A stretch of 62,309 nucleotides of DNA, filler included. It is 6 parts of 6 records of this genome, joined end to end, with 100 filler letters (N's around TTAATTAATTAA, not from the genome) between each part and the next. Parts side by side here need not be neighbours in the genome. Positions count along the whole stretch, not along the records: positions 15,700 to 42,560 come from SRR31156797_22371; 5 more parts are not named here. One strand, written 5' to 3'. Under the pieces are notes generated by a model. That model saw nothing but the letters and a program-made list of their open reading frames with translations. It was not told the DNA's origin and searched no databases. The position numbers and the translations under genes were made by a program. Of the stretch, positions 19,098-28,915 are shown piece by piece. The number at the start of each line of letters is the position of its first letter. The stretch's first letter is position 1.

Positions 19098-19745
19098 ATG
19101 AAAAAAGAAGACGAAATCCTCGAACGCTTGGAGCGTCTGGAAGCCCTTGTGACCCCCATGGCGGAATCAGCTCGGTCCATGAACGAGCTCAAGGAAGAAC
19201 TCACCCCACGTGTAAATGAAATGGTCCGGCACATAATATTAGAGATGGCTGAAATAGACAGCGATTTCCAGCTCTCGGATCTGACCGGGCTAGGCAAGAA
19301 TATGCTGCGCAACATCAAAAACCTGAACTACGCCCTCAACCAGCTTAAAAACGCTATTGATTTTGTAGACACGGCTGAACCGCTCATGAAAATAACCGTG
19401 CCTTACTACATCGCCCGCCTTGATGAGCTGGAACGCAAGGGCGTATTCGACCTTTTACGCATCGGGGTTGGCTCGCTTGAAAAAATAGCTGAAACATATT
19501 CCAAAGAAGAATTAGAAGAAATGGCCGAGACCATGGTCAACATGCTCGGTGCGGTCCAAAAACTAGGCAGCCCCGAAGCCACACGCTTCATCGAACACAT
19601 GGCCTCAATTCCCTGCAAGGTCGGGGATTGCGATGTGCAGGCTGTAGGCTTCACTGATCTGCTGCGCTCGCTGGGAGATGAAGACGTCAAAAAAGGACTG
19701 GCTGTACTCCTACGGTTAACCAAAGCCATGGCTCCTGAAAAGTAG
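19098..19745 (+). CDS. DUF1641-like membrane-associated protein
   Basis: Starts 3 nt after sqr; helical; C-terminal GFTDLLRSLGDEDVKKGL motif. Confidence 0.75.
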   Translation: MKKEDEILERLERLEALVTPMAESARSMNELKEELTPRVNEMVRHIILEMAEIDSDFQLSDLTGLGKNMLRNIKNLNYALNQLKNAIDFVDTAEPLMKITVPYYIARLDELERKGVFDLLRIGVGSLEKIAETYSKEELEEMAETMVNMLGAVQKLGSPEATRFIEHMASIPCKVGDCDVQAVGFTDLLRSLGDEDVKKGLAVLLRLTKAMAPEK

Positions 19746-19819
19746 TTTTCCCCAGCCCCCCCCTCTCAAAACCTTTTAGTTTGCTTCGCATCTAACTTAA
19801 TGAGCCCCCTTTAAAAAAT

Positions 19820-19853
19820 AAAATCGCAATATCTCGGAAGATATTGCGATTTT
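19820..19853. terminator. bidirectional terminator between convergent DUF1641 gene and mqnD
   Basis: AAAATCGCAATATCT-CGGA-AGATATTGCGATTTT. Confidence 0.8.
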
Positions 19854-19878
19854 TAATTTGGACTATCTTTTGTAAAAA

Positions 19879-20733
19879 TTATATATCAATAAAAACAGGC
19901 AAGTCCGGTAAATCAATCCCGTCCATTCTTGCGGCTTCCTGCAAAAGTCTTGAAACAGCCTGCTCGCCTTCTTTCCCAACATCATCAGAATAATCAGTCA
20001 CAAAAGTCTTGATGTGTTGGTTAATCACATCATCATCCATTTCCTGTGCATGCTCTTTGATGTAAGGCCACGCAGCTTCTTCATCTACATAAGAAAGAGT
20101 CAATGACTTACGGATAGCGGCATTAATCATTGCTGCGGTTTCCGCACCAAGGGAACGTTTGATAGCAATGGAACCAAGCGGAATAGGCAACCCGGAGAAA
20201 TCCTCCCACCACTGGCCGAGATCGACGAGTTTGGATAAGCCTAAAGCTTGGTAGGTAAAACGGCCTTCGTGGATGACCACTCCTGCATCAACTTCACCGT
20301 TTTTAATGGCAGGCATGACCTGATCGAAAACCATCTCCACCAGTTCCACCTTAATTCCGGATTCACGGCACATGAGGCTGAACAGTAAATTTGCAGTGGT
20401 ATTGCGCCCCGGTATGGCAATACGCTTGCCATCAAGGTCCGCTATGGTGCAAGGTGCTCCGGTAAGCAGCAACGGCCCGACCCCCCTGCCCATGGCTCCT
20501 CCGGCACGCAGCAGAATATAATCATCCATAATATGCGCGGCGGCGTGGACGGAAACCTTGCAGATATCCATCTTACCGGACTGGGCCATGGAATTGAGTT
20601 CCTCCACATCAGCGAGGGTGACGTCAAGTTTGAAAGGGTCTATGCTTACGGCCCCGTTAGCGAGGGCATGAAAAATAAATGTATCATTCGGACAGGGCGA
20701 ATAGCCCAATTTCAATATTTTGCTCATGGACAT
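19879..20733 (-). CDS. mqnD: 1,4-dihydroxy-6-naphthoate synthase
   Basis: LGYSPCPNDTFIF, GRGVGP, IHEGRFTY, LPIPLG, HAQEMD. Confidence 0.93.
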   Translation of the reverse strand: MSMSKILKLGYSPCPNDTFIFHALANGAVSIDPFKLDVTLADVEELNSMAQSGKMDICKVSVHAAAHIMDDYILLRAGGAMGRGVGPLLLTGAPCTIADLDGKRIAIPGRNTTANLLFSLMCRESGIKVELVEMVFDQVMPAIKNGEVDAGVVIHEGRFTYQALGLSKLVDLGQWWEDFSGLPIPLGSIAIKRSLGAETAAMINAAIRKSLTLSYVDEEAAWPYIKEHAQEMDDDVINQHIKTFVTDYSDDVGKEGEQAVSRLLQEAARMDGIDLPDLPVFIDI

Positions 20734-20818
20734 GGTTTTATATTTTTAAGAGCCGGAAATCCAGTGTTGACATGGCTGGAAGCGACTTTTATTTACGGCT
20801 GAACAAAGGTGAATATAA

Positions 20819-21907
20819 ATGATCTCAAAAAATTATTTCCAAAATGCCGGACTCGGCTCCATCCTCGACAAGGTGCTTGACGGGGAAAGGATTTCCACCG
20901 AGGACGGACTTACCCTTTTCAACTGTCCCGATCTTAATGCACTGGGTGCACTGGCCTCCATCCGCAGACGCCAACTTCACGGCAACAAGACTTTTTACGT
21001 TATCAACCGCCACATCAATTACACCAATATCTGTGTGAACGGTTGCCTGTTCTGTGCCTACGCCCGCAAGCCAGAAGAAAACGGATCTTTCAAACTGAGT
21101 AGAAAAGATATACTCGAAAAGCTCGAAAATGCGCCCATCCCGCCACGCGAAGTCCATGTGGTTGGCGGTTGCCATCACGATATTCCGCTTTCATTCTTCG
21201 AAGAGACTTTCGTTGAAATAAAGAAACTTCTCCCACAGGCAGTGATCAAATCATTCACCGCTGTTGAAATCGAACATTTTGCGACTGCTGAAGGAATCTC
21301 TACAATTGAAGTTCTCAAACGGCTGAAAGCAGCCGGATCGGAGATGCTCACCGGCGGCGGTGCCGAAATATTCAATTCTGAAGTCCGCGCAAAGATCTGC
21401 CCAGAAAAACTTCCTGGTAAAGAGTGGCTGCGCATCCATGGTGAAGCCCATGAACTCGGCTACACCACCAACTGCACTATGCTATACGGACACGTAGAAT
21501 CCTTTGCTGACCGTGTAGATCATCTTGATCAGTTACGCCGTCAGCAGGATATCTCAGGCGGATTCAATTGCCTGATTCCCCTGCCCTTCCTCACCGAGAA
21601 CAGCAGGCTCAAAATCGACAATCCGCTCACCGGAGTAGACGAACTGCGGACTATTGCTGTCAGCCGACTCATGCTCGACAACATCCCGCACATCAAGGCT
21701 TACTGGGTGATGCTTGGAGTTAAGCAGGCCCAGACAGCGCTCCATTTCGGCGCAGATGACTTTGATGGAACTGTGGTCGAAGAAAAGATAGGACACATGG
21801 CCGGAGCTGAGTCCGAACAGGGCTTGAGCCGTACTGAACTTGAAGAAATGATCGTCGGTTGCGGGTTCACCCCGGTTGAGCGCGATGCAGCTTTTAATGA
21901 GGTTTAA
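20819..21907 (+). CDS. mqnE: aminofutalosine synthase (radical SAM)
   Basis: NYTNICVNGCLFC (CxxxCxxC), KSFTAVEI, GGGAEIF, PHIKAYW. Confidence 0.9.
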   Translation: MISKNYFQNAGLGSILDKVLDGERISTEDGLTLFNCPDLNALGALASIRRRQLHGNKTFYVINRHINYTNICVNGCLFCAYARKPEENGSFKLSRKDILEKLENAPIPPREVHVVGGCHHDIPLSFFEETFVEIKKLLPQAVIKSFTAVEIEHFATAEGISTIEVLKRLKAAGSEMLTGGGAEIFNSEVRAKICPEKLPGKEWLRIHGEAHELGYTTNCTMLYGHVESFADRVDHLDQLRRQQDISGGFNCLIPLPFLTENSRLKIDNPLTGVDELRTIAVSRLMLDNIPHIKAYWVMLGVKQAQTALHFGADDFDGTVVEEKIGHMAGAESEQGLSRTELEEMIVGCGFTPVERDAAFNEV

Positions 21908-21911
21908 GAAT

Positions 21912-23009
21912 ATGACAAACTTAACTCAAAGCCCCGCTGAAGTTCTGAAAATCGGCAAGAAAGTTGAATCCGGGGAACGTATAAATTTTGATGAAGCCGT
22001 AATCTTAATGGAAAAGGCTGACCTTTTTGATCTAGGCAGCCTTGCCCACTCTATTCGGATGAAAAAGCATCCTGAACCGAATGTAACCTACGTCATCGAC
22101 CGCAATATCAACTATTCAAATATTTGTGATTGCGGCTGCCGTTTCTGTGCTTTTTATGCTGCCCCCGGAAAAGAAGGCGGATTTGTAATCAGCAGGGAAG
22201 AATTGGGCCAAAAAATCCAAGAAACCATCGACCTAGGTGGAACACAGATTTTGATGCAGGGCGGACACCACCCGGATCTGCCACTCTCATTTTATGAAGA
22301 GATGCTGACCTTCATTAAAGATAATTATCCGGTTCATATCCATGCATTCTCTCCGCCGGAAGTGGTCTACTGGAGCGAACTGAATGGAATTTCCATCAAG
22401 GAAGTGCTGGAAAGACTGATCAAAGCTGGCCTGGCTTCCATTCCCGGTGGCGGAGCGGAAATTCTTGTCGATGAAGTCCGCAGCCATATCGCACCCAAGA
22501 AATGCAATACAGCCAAATGGCTGGAAGTAATGGAGACAGCCCATAAGCTGGGTCTGCGCACAACTGCGACCATGATGTTCGGACATGAGGAACAGCCCAT
22601 TGACCGCATCAAACACCTTTTCGCCCTGCGCGAGGTTCAGGACCGCACGGGCGGCTTCACAGCCTTCATCCCATGGACTTTCCAGCCGGACAACACAAAT
22701 ATTCCCAACGCACGCAAAATGACCAGTGTTGAATATCTGCGCATGCTTGCTGTTTCGCGTATAGTACTCGATAACTTCGACAACGTGCAGGTTTCATGGG
22801 TAACCATGGGACCGAAGATATCTCAGCTGGCCCTCTTCTACGGCGGAAACGACTTTGGTTCGACTATGATTGAAGAAAATGTAGTTAAAGCTGCGGGTGT
22901 AAGTTTCAGGCTTTCCGAAGCTGAAATCCACAACTTAATCGAGAAAGCCGGATTCGTGCCCAAGCAGCGTCTCATGGATTACACTCTTGCGGAGAATGCT
23001 GATGGATAG
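21912..23009 (+). CDS. mqnC: dehypoxanthine futalosine cyclase (radical SAM)
   Basis: DRNINYSNICDCGCRFCAFY, HAFSPPE, FTAFIPWTFQ, GNDFGSTMIEENVV; start set to ATG 21912. Confidence 0.92.
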   Translation: MTNLTQSPAEVLKIGKKVESGERINFDEAVILMEKADLFDLGSLAHSIRMKKHPEPNVTYVIDRNINYSNICDCGCRFCAFYAAPGKEGGFVISREELGQKIQETIDLGGTQILMQGGHHPDLPLSFYEEMLTFIKDNYPVHIHAFSPPEVVYWSELNGISIKEVLERLIKAGLASIPGGGAEILVDEVRSHIAPKKCNTAKWLEVMETAHKLGLRTTATMMFGHEEQPIDRIKHLFALREVQDRTGGFTAFIPWTFQPDNTNIPNARKMTSVEYLRMLAVSRIVLDNFDNVQVSWVTMGPKISQLALFYGGNDFGSTMIEENVVKAAGVSFRLSEAEIHNLIEKAGFVPKQRLMDYTLAENADG

Positions 23010-23826
23010 AGTAAAAGTCGGACGTATTTCCTATTTGAACGTTCTGCCGATCTATCATCCTCTCGAAACAGGGTTGATCGCCAATGACTTTGAATTTGTC
23101 TATGGCCCTCCGGCACAACTGAATAAAATGATGTCTGAAGGTTTGATGCATATCGCTTCTAACTCCAGCATCGAATACCTGCGCCATGCAGAGCAGTACC
23201 TGCTGCTGCCCGATCTAGCCATTGGCAGCCGTGGCCCTGTGCAATCCGTAATAATGATCAGCCGCAAGCCACTGGAACAGCTAAAAGGCTGTAATGTACT
23301 AGTCAGTTCCCAGACCCACACTTCGGCTGCCCTGCTCAAAATTCTGCTTTCAGAGTACATTCCTCTCAATGCAACTTACGAGACTGGTAATGCCACGGAG
23401 AGACTTGAAGCCGGCGACAAGCCAGAAGCAATCCTCTGTATCGGCGATGAGGCCCTGAACCTGCGCAAGCATGAAGAGTATCCGTACATATTCGATCTTG
23501 GTGAAGAATGGATCAGATGGACCGGCCTGCCCTTTATCTTCGGTATCTGGACCGTGCGCCGTGACGCCGCTCAGCGTGAAGATGTGAAGCAGGCAGTACG
23601 CGATTTGATACGAGCTAAAGAATGGGGGCAGGCAAACATCGAGAAAATTTGCGAGATGACTGCAGATAAGACCATGCTCAATCTGGAAGAAAGCCGCTCT
23701 TACTATGACGGTCTGGTTTACGATCTGGGCAAAACTGAGATTGAAGGCCTGAAGGTTTTTTCCAAATATCTGAAAAAGACTGGACAGATTGATCACATTC
23801 CTGAATTGGAATTTATCAATATTTAA
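23002..23826 (+). CDS. mqnA: chorismate dehydratase (futalosine pathway)
   Basis: GRISYLNVLP, GPVQSV, CIGDEAL, DLGEEW..WTGLPFIFGIW; ATG 23002 follows GGAG. Confidence 0.92.
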   Translation: MDRVKVGRISYLNVLPIYHPLETGLIANDFEFVYGPPAQLNKMMSEGLMHIASNSSIEYLRHAEQYLLLPDLAIGSRGPVQSVIMISRKPLEQLKGCNVLVSSQTHTSAALLKILLSEYIPLNATYETGNATERLEAGDKPEAILCIGDEALNLRKHEEYPYIFDLGEEWIRWTGLPFIFGIWTVRRDAAQREDVKQAVRDLIRAKEWGQANIEKICEMTADKTMLNLEESRSYYDGLVYDLGKTEIEGLKVFSKYLKKTGQIDHIPELEFINI

Positions 23827-23844
23827 CTTTTTTGCTCCAAAACA

Positions 23845-23884
23845 AAAAAGGGCGAATTTGCTAAAATGCAAATTCGCCCTTTTT
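23845..23884. terminator. bidirectional terminator between mqnA and the LysR gene
   Basis: AAAAAGGGCGAATTTGC-TAAAAT-GCAAATTCGCCCTTTTT. Confidence 0.88.
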
Positions 23885-23901
23885 CGTTTTTTACGCGAAA
23901 A

Positions 23902-24795
23902 CTATTTCGACATATTTTTAACGTGTTCGATAAAATAGCGAACAGCAGGAAAGAACTCCCGGCCCTGCAGGTGGGCAAGATAAAAACTTCTTTCAAGGTT
24001 AAGAGGCAGATCGCTGATGTGGACCAGCTCACCGGAATCAATGAGCGGCTGGGCAGCAAGACGGGAGGTTACACTGACCCCGAGTCCAGCCCTGACGCAC
24101 TGTACAACCGCCTGAGTTGATTCTACCCAGACAGTGACATTGAGTTCACGGACACTGGTACCCATCTCAGAAAGACCTGCTTCAAGGGCTTTTCTGGTTC
24201 CCGAACCACCCTCACGCATTACCCAAGGCAGTTCCGCCAGATGCTGGATATCGTCGATACCGTCATAATTGCGGACCAGTACAGGAGGCGCAACAATAAC
24301 CAGTTCATCGCGCATAATGGGCACGAACTCGATATTGGGCACATCTGCAGTGGCTCCCACAACACCGATGATCAATTCACCGGAACGGACTTTCTCTAGA
24401 ATCTCTGCTGTGTCCCCCACAGAAAGATGTACGCTCACGTCGGGGTACTTTTTGCAATAATTGTACAGAATCTCAGGCAGCAAATAATGAGAAGGAATGG
24501 TGCTACCACCGATCTCCAGATCGCCGACAACTTTGTCACGCAGAATATTGATCTCTGACTGGGCCTTTCCGATCAGGCTGTAGATATCCTTAGCATTGCG
24601 GTAAAGCACTTCTCCGGCCTGAGTAGCCATAATGGACCTGCCCAGACGGTCAAAAAGAGGAACACCAAGCTCTTCTTCCAGAGTGGATATATGGGCACTG
24701 ATAGTGGGCTGAGAAAGAAAAAGATCTTTACCTGCTTTGGAAAAACTCTTTAATTCATAAACCTTGCAGAAAGCTTCGAGTCGACGTAAGTCCAT
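23902..24795 (-). CDS. LysR-family transcriptional regulator (CysL-like / selenium-metabolism-associated type)
   Basis: SFSKAGKDLFLSQPTIS HTH; IGGSTIP; REGGSGTR. Confidence 0.88.
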   Translation of the reverse strand: MDLRRLEAFCKVYELKSFSKAGKDLFLSQPTISAHISTLEEELGVPLFDRLGRSIMATQAGEVLYRNAKDIYSLIGKAQSEINILRDKVVGDLEIGGSTIPSHYLLPEILYNYCKKYPDVSVHLSVGDTAEILEKVRSGELIIGVVGATADVPNIEFVPIMRDELVIVAPPVLVRNYDGIDDIQHLAELPWVMREGGSGTRKALEAGLSEMGTSVRELNVTVWVESTQAVVQCVRAGLGVSVTSRLAAQPLIDSGELVHISDLPLNLERSFYLAHLQGREFFPAVRYFIEHVKNMSK

Positions 24796-24832
24796 GTAAT
24801 CTCTCGTATCGAAAATATCTATATGTATTGAT

Positions 24833-24862
24833 AAAAAAAAGGGGCGGAAAAAATTCCGCCCC
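24833..24862 (-). terminator. terminator of the alpha operon (after rplQ)
   Basis: GGGGCGGAA / TTCCGCCCC stem with a T8 tract on the minus strand. Confidence 0.88.
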
Positions 24863-24878
24863 TTTGGATAAGCATTAA

Positions 24879-25304
24879 TTATGCTTCCTGAGCTTCCTCA
24901 GCGGGAGCTTCAGTGGTTGCCGCAGCTTCTTCAACAGGAGCTTCAGCACGTTTGGTCAGCTCAATGATGCACATGGGAGCGCAATCACCCTTACGGGGTT
25001 CAGCGAGCTTGATGATGCGGGTGTAACCACCGCCGCCGCCTTCGTAGCGGGGGCCGATTTCATCGAAAAGCCTTTTAACAAGACCGTGATTCTCGAGGGT
25101 CTTGTAAGCAAGACGACGAGAGTGCAGGTCGTTGCGGAGAGCAAGGGTGATCAGCTTTTCGCAAGAGCTTCTCAGTTCCTTTGCTTTAGGCTCGGTGGTA
25201 CGGATATGTTCATAGGTCAGCAGAGAGCGAACCATGTTTCTCAGCATGGCCTTCCTGTGGGAAGCACTTCTGTTGAACTTTCTTCCGGACTTTTTATGCC
25301 TCAT
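24879..25304 (-). CDS. rplQ: 50S ribosomal protein L17
   Basis: [12 protein letters not shown]...GGYTRI. Confidence 0.98.
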   Translation of the reverse strand: MRHKKSGRKFNRSASHRKAMLRNMVRSLLTYEHIRTTEPKAKELRSSCEKLITLALRNDLHSRRLAYKTLENHGLVKRLFDEIGPRYEGGGGGYTRIIKLAEPRKGDCAPMCIIELTKRAEAPVEEAAATTEAPAEEAQEA

Positions 25305-26334
25305 TTTTCTCTTTCCTCTTCAGCCATTCCTGATGCTTTTTATCGAAATCCTCGAGGACCATACCGAACTTAAGTTCCATGCTATCCAGAACACGACGAA
25401 TTTCGTCGAGAGACTTACGTCCGAAGTTCTTGGTTTTAAGCATAGTCTGCTCAGTGCGCTGCACAAGTTCACCAACAATGCGAATGTTGGCGGCCTTGAG
25501 GCAGTTGGTAGCACGAACGGAGAGTTCGAGTTCGTCGATGCTCTTGAACAGATTCGGGTTGAGATCGAGGTCGCTTTCTTTGGACTCTTCCTGCTCGGAT
25601 CCCATTTCATCGAAGTTGATGAAAACGGAGAGCTGATCCTTGAGAATTTTTGCACTGTAGGCAATTGCATCCTCAGGGGTAACGGAACCATCGGTGAAAA
25701 CTTCGAGAATAAGCTTGTCGTAGTTGGTCATCTGTCCGACACGAGCCTGCTCCACGCTGTAAGCAACCTTACGGATGGGAGAAAAGCTGGAATCAAGAAT
25801 GATGTGACCGATTTCATTGACAAGACCTTCGTGCATGTCTGCAGGCACATAGCCTTTACCCATGCGGATCTCGAAAGTCATCTCCATGTCCATCTTCTCG
25901 GACAGAGTCGCAATAATCTGCTCAGGATTGAGGACTTTGACGTTCTGGTTTTCCTGAATATCAGCTGCGGTGACGACGCCCTGCTTGTTCACCCGGAGGG
26001 TAAGAAACTGGGGTTCATCTGTAGTCATTGCGAATCTGATCTGCTTGATGTTCAGAACAATCTCAGTCACATCTTCCATCACACCTTCGATAGTGGTGAA
26101 TTCGTGCTGAACTCCTTCGATCTTTACAGCAACCGCGGCAGCTCCCTGCATTGAAGAGAGCAGTACTCTGCGGAGAGAGTTACCGATGGTTGTTCCAAAT
26201 CCGCGCTCAAGGGGTTCACAAATGAACTTACCATAAAGCTCGTTAGACTTGGGGTCACGCACAAGCTGTTCCGGCTTAACCAGCTCGGCCCAGTTGCGGG
26301 TGTTGATGAGTTTGTCACCGTCTTGAATAAGCAT
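25294..26334 (-). CDS. rpoA: RNA polymerase alpha subunit
   Basis: [40 protein letters not shown]. Confidence 0.99.
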   Translation of the reverse strand: MLIQDGDKLINTRNWAELVKPEQLVRDPKSNELYGKFICEPLERGFGTTIGNSLRRVLLSSMQGAAAVAVKIEGVQHEFTTIEGVMEDVTEIVLNIKQIRFAMTTDEPQFLTLRVNKQGVVTAADIQENQNVKVLNPEQIIATLSEKMDMEMTFEIRMGKGYVPADMHEGLVNEIGHIILDSSFSPIRKVAYSVEQARVGQMTNYDKLILEVFTDGSVTPEDAIAYSAKILKDQLSVFINFDEMGSEQEESKESDLDLNPNLFKSIDELELSVRATNCLKAANIRIVGELVQRTEQTMLKTKNFGRKSLDEIRRVLDSMELKFGMVLEDFDKKHQEWLKRKEKNEA

Positions 26335-26347
26335 GCACTAATCCTTC

Positions 26348-26974
26348 TTATTTGGAGTACAGCTCGACAATCAGCTGTTCGTTGATAGGGAACTGGATAT
26401 CTTCCCTAGTCGGCATCGCTTTAACTTCACCTTTAAACTTTGCACCGTCAGCTTCGAGCCACTCAGGGCAGCCACGACGGGCAATAACTTCCTGTGCTTC
26501 TGCAATCACGGGAATTTTACGGGATTCTTCACGAACCTCGATTACATCACCGGGTTTTACATGCATGGAAGGAACATTAACACGTCTGCCGTTTTTGGTG
26601 AAGATACCGTGTTTCACGAGCTGGCGAGCCTGCGCGCGAGAGTTGGCGAAACCAAGACGGTAGACAGTGTTGTCAAGGCGGGTCTCAAGAAGCACGAGCA
26701 GGTTCGCACCGGTAACACCTTTCATGCCGTCTGCGCGCTTGAAGTAGCTGCGGAACTGGCCTTCGAGGACACCGTACATGCGGCGCACTTTCTGCTTCTC
26801 ACGAAGCTGAATTGCGTAGTCGCTCATTTTCTTTCTCATGCGACCGGCAATACCGGGAGCATAAGGACGACGTTCATAAGAGCACTTATCAGTAAAGCAG
26901 CGGTCGCCTTTAATGAAAAGCTTTTCGCCTTCACGACGACACAGTCTGCACTTTGCTTTAGTATATCTGGCCAA
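26348..26974 (-). CDS. rpsD: 30S ribosomal protein S4
   Basis: [31 protein letters not shown]. Confidence 0.98.
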   Translation of the reverse strand: MARYTKAKCRLCRREGEKLFIKGDRCFTDKCSYERRPYAPGIAGRMRKKMSDYAIQLREKQKVRRMYGVLEGQFRSYFKRADGMKGVTGANLLVLLETRLDNTVYRLGFANSRAQARQLVKHGIFTKNGRRVNVPSMHVKPGDVIEVREESRKIPVIAEAQEVIARRGCPEWLEADGAKFKGEVKAMPTREDIQFPINEQLIVELYSK

Positions 26975-26993
26975 GGTTATTACTCCTTCGAAA

Positions 26994-27383
26994 TTAGACC
27001 CTGCGACGTTTCGGCGGACGACAGCCGTTGTGCGGGATGGGTGTTATATCGCGAATGAAGTTAACCTTCATACCGACGTTACCGATTGCGCGCATAGCTG
27101 CTTCACGACCGGAGCCGGGGCCTTTGACGAAAATACCAACGGTACGCATACCCTGATCCTGAGCTTTTCTTGCTGCGGTTTCAGCAGCAACCTGTGCTGC
27201 AAAGGGAGTAGATTTCCTAGATCCCTTAAAACCGGAAGCACCGGAAGTAGCCCAGCTGATCACGTTACCCTTCAGGTCAGTGAAGGTGATGATGGTATTG
27301 TTGAATGTTGCTTTTACGTGAGCAATGCCCACGGGAACATTCTTTTTCTCTTTTTTCTTGCCGGAACGGCGAGGTCTAGCCAT
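26994..27383 (-). CDS. rpsK: 30S ribosomal protein S11
   Basis: [29 protein letters not shown]. Confidence 0.99.
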   Translation of the reverse strand: MARPRRSGKKKEKKNVPVGIAHVKATFNNTIITFTDLKGNVISWATSGASGFKGSRKSTPFAAQVAAETAARKAQDQGMRTVGIFVKGPGSGREAAMRAIGNVGMKVNFIRDITPIPHNGCRPPKRRRV

Positions 27384-27455
27384 ACCATTCTCTCCAGAAT
27401 GAATTTATATCAGCAGCACGGTGACCGTTACATGGTCTGACAACTGCGGATTATA

Positions 27456-27827
27456 TTATTTCTTCTTTCTGCTCATTACAGAGCGACGGGGACCTTTGCG
27501 AGTTCTAGCATTGGTCTTGGAGCTCTGACCACGCACGGGCAGTCCGCGGCGGTGACGCAGTCCACGGTAACATCCGATGTCCATCAGACGCTTAATGTCA
27601 GCGATCTGATCACGGCGAAGGTCACCTTCAACTTTGTAATTATCTTCAAGTTCCTTACGGATGGTGTTCACCTGCTCGCCACTGAGGTCATCAGTTTTGA
27701 GGGTCCAGTCGATACCAACAGTATCAAGAATCTTGAGAGCGGTAGTCCGACCTACTCCGTAGATGTAAGTCAGTGCAATATCCAAACGCTTATTTTTCGG
27801 AAGGTCTACTCCAGCGATACGAGCCAC
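27456..27827 (-). CDS. rpsM: 30S ribosomal protein S13
   Basis: [26 protein letters not shown]. Confidence 0.99.
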   Translation of the reverse strand: MARIAGVDLPKNKRLDIALTYIYGVGRTTALKILDTVGIDWTLKTDDLSGEQVNTIRKELEDNYKVEGDLRRDQIADIKRLMDIGCYRGLRHRRGLPVRGQSSKTNARTRKGPRRSVMSRKKK

Positions 27828-27839
27828 AGTTATACCTCT

Positions 27840-27953
27840 CTATCCTTGACGCTGTTTGTGTCTGGGGTTGTCACAAATAACCCTCAGAACACCCTTGCGT
27901 CTGATTACTTTGCATTTGGGACAAATCTTCTTAACAGATGGTCTTACTTTCAT
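27840..27953 (-). CDS. rpmJ: 50S ribosomal protein L36, Zn-binding type (absent from the ORF track)
   Basis: Manual translation [37 protein letters not shown]. Confidence 0.97.
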   Translation of the reverse strand: MKVRPSVKKICPKCKVIRRKGVLRVICDNPRHKQRQG

Positions 27954-28088
27954 GACCGTCTCCAAATAATGCAGTTAAACAGTTTCAACAATCGGGAGCT
28001 AGCCGATTGTGGCCTAATGCCTCAGTTACCCGGCTAAAGGGTAACCGTACCATGCCAGTCTTTCGTTGCCGCGAAATTCAAGACGTGT

Positions 28089-28117
28089 ACTCTACAGAAC
28101 GATTTCAGAAAAATCAA
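28089..28117 (-). promoter_or_regulatory. sigma70 promoter of the rpmJ-rpsM-rpsK-rpsD-rpoA-rplQ unit
   Basis: Minus strand TTGATT-17-TAGAGT. Confidence 0.55.
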
Positions 28118-28142
28118 CCCCTATAGGGTACTTAAAAACAAA

Positions 28143-28910
28143 TTAGGAAAGACTCAGTATTTGAGGCCCGTCCGCAGTAATGGCAATGGTGTGCTCGAAA
28201 TGGGCGGACAGCTTCCTGTCCTTGGTCACAGCGGTCCACTTATCATCGAGAATTTCGATGTCATGAGAACCTTCGGTCACCATCGGTTCGATGGCGATTA
28301 CCATTCCCGTTCTGAGTTGCACACCGGGAAGACCCGAGGGTACAAAATTGGGCACTTCAGGTTTTTCATGAAGGTTGCGTCCGATGCCATGCCCCACAAA
28401 GCGGCGCACAACTCCGAATCCTGATCCTTCAGCAAATTCCTGAACAGCCCGGGAGATATCATAAAGACTGTTGCCCGGCAATGCCTGTTTGATGCCTCGC
28501 ATGAGAGATTCGCGGGTCACATCAAGAAGGTTGCGGGTAGAATCGGCAATTGTGCCGACCGGGTAAGTACGGGCAGAGTCCCCGTAAAATCCCTGATAAA
28601 TAACGCCCATGTCAATGCTTACAATATCGCCTTCTTCAAGAATCCTCTTCTCAGAAGGAAATCCGTGAACAATTTCCTCGTTCACGGAGCAGCAAAGGGC
28701 AAAAGGAAACCCGTGATAGCCTTTGAAGGCAGGCTTGACACCGTAACCGTCACAGGCCTTGCAGGCGATATCTTCAAGACTCATGGTAGTAATACCCGGC
28801 TTGATAGACTCACCCAGCATATCCAGGATAGTAGAAACAAGACGATTGGCCTCACGCATGAGGCCAATCTCCTTGTCATTCTTGAGGTAGATACCTCTGT
28901 ACTTTTTCAA
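28143..28910 (-). CDS. map: type I methionine aminopeptidase
   Basis: SVNEEIVHG, GDSART, FVGHGIG...HE.P, AIEPM, SAHFEHT. Confidence 0.97.
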   Translation of the reverse strand: MKKYRGIYLKNDKEIGLMREANRLVSTILDMLGESIKPGITTMSLEDIACKACDGYGVKPAFKGYHGFPFALCCSVNEEIVHGFPSEKRILEEGDIVSIDMGVIYQGFYGDSARTYPVGTIADSTRNLLDVTRESLMRGIKQALPGNSLYDISRAVQEFAEGSGFGVVRRFVGHGIGRNLHEKPEVPNFVPSGLPGVQLRTGMVIAIEPMVTEGSHDIEILDDKWTAVTKDRKLSAHFEHTIAITADGPQILSLS

Positions 28911-28915
28911 AGCAA

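Noticed and set aside
19879..23826. mqn cluster lacking mqnB
   Set aside because: Futalosine pathway genes are commonly scattered, so absence from this fragment is uninformative
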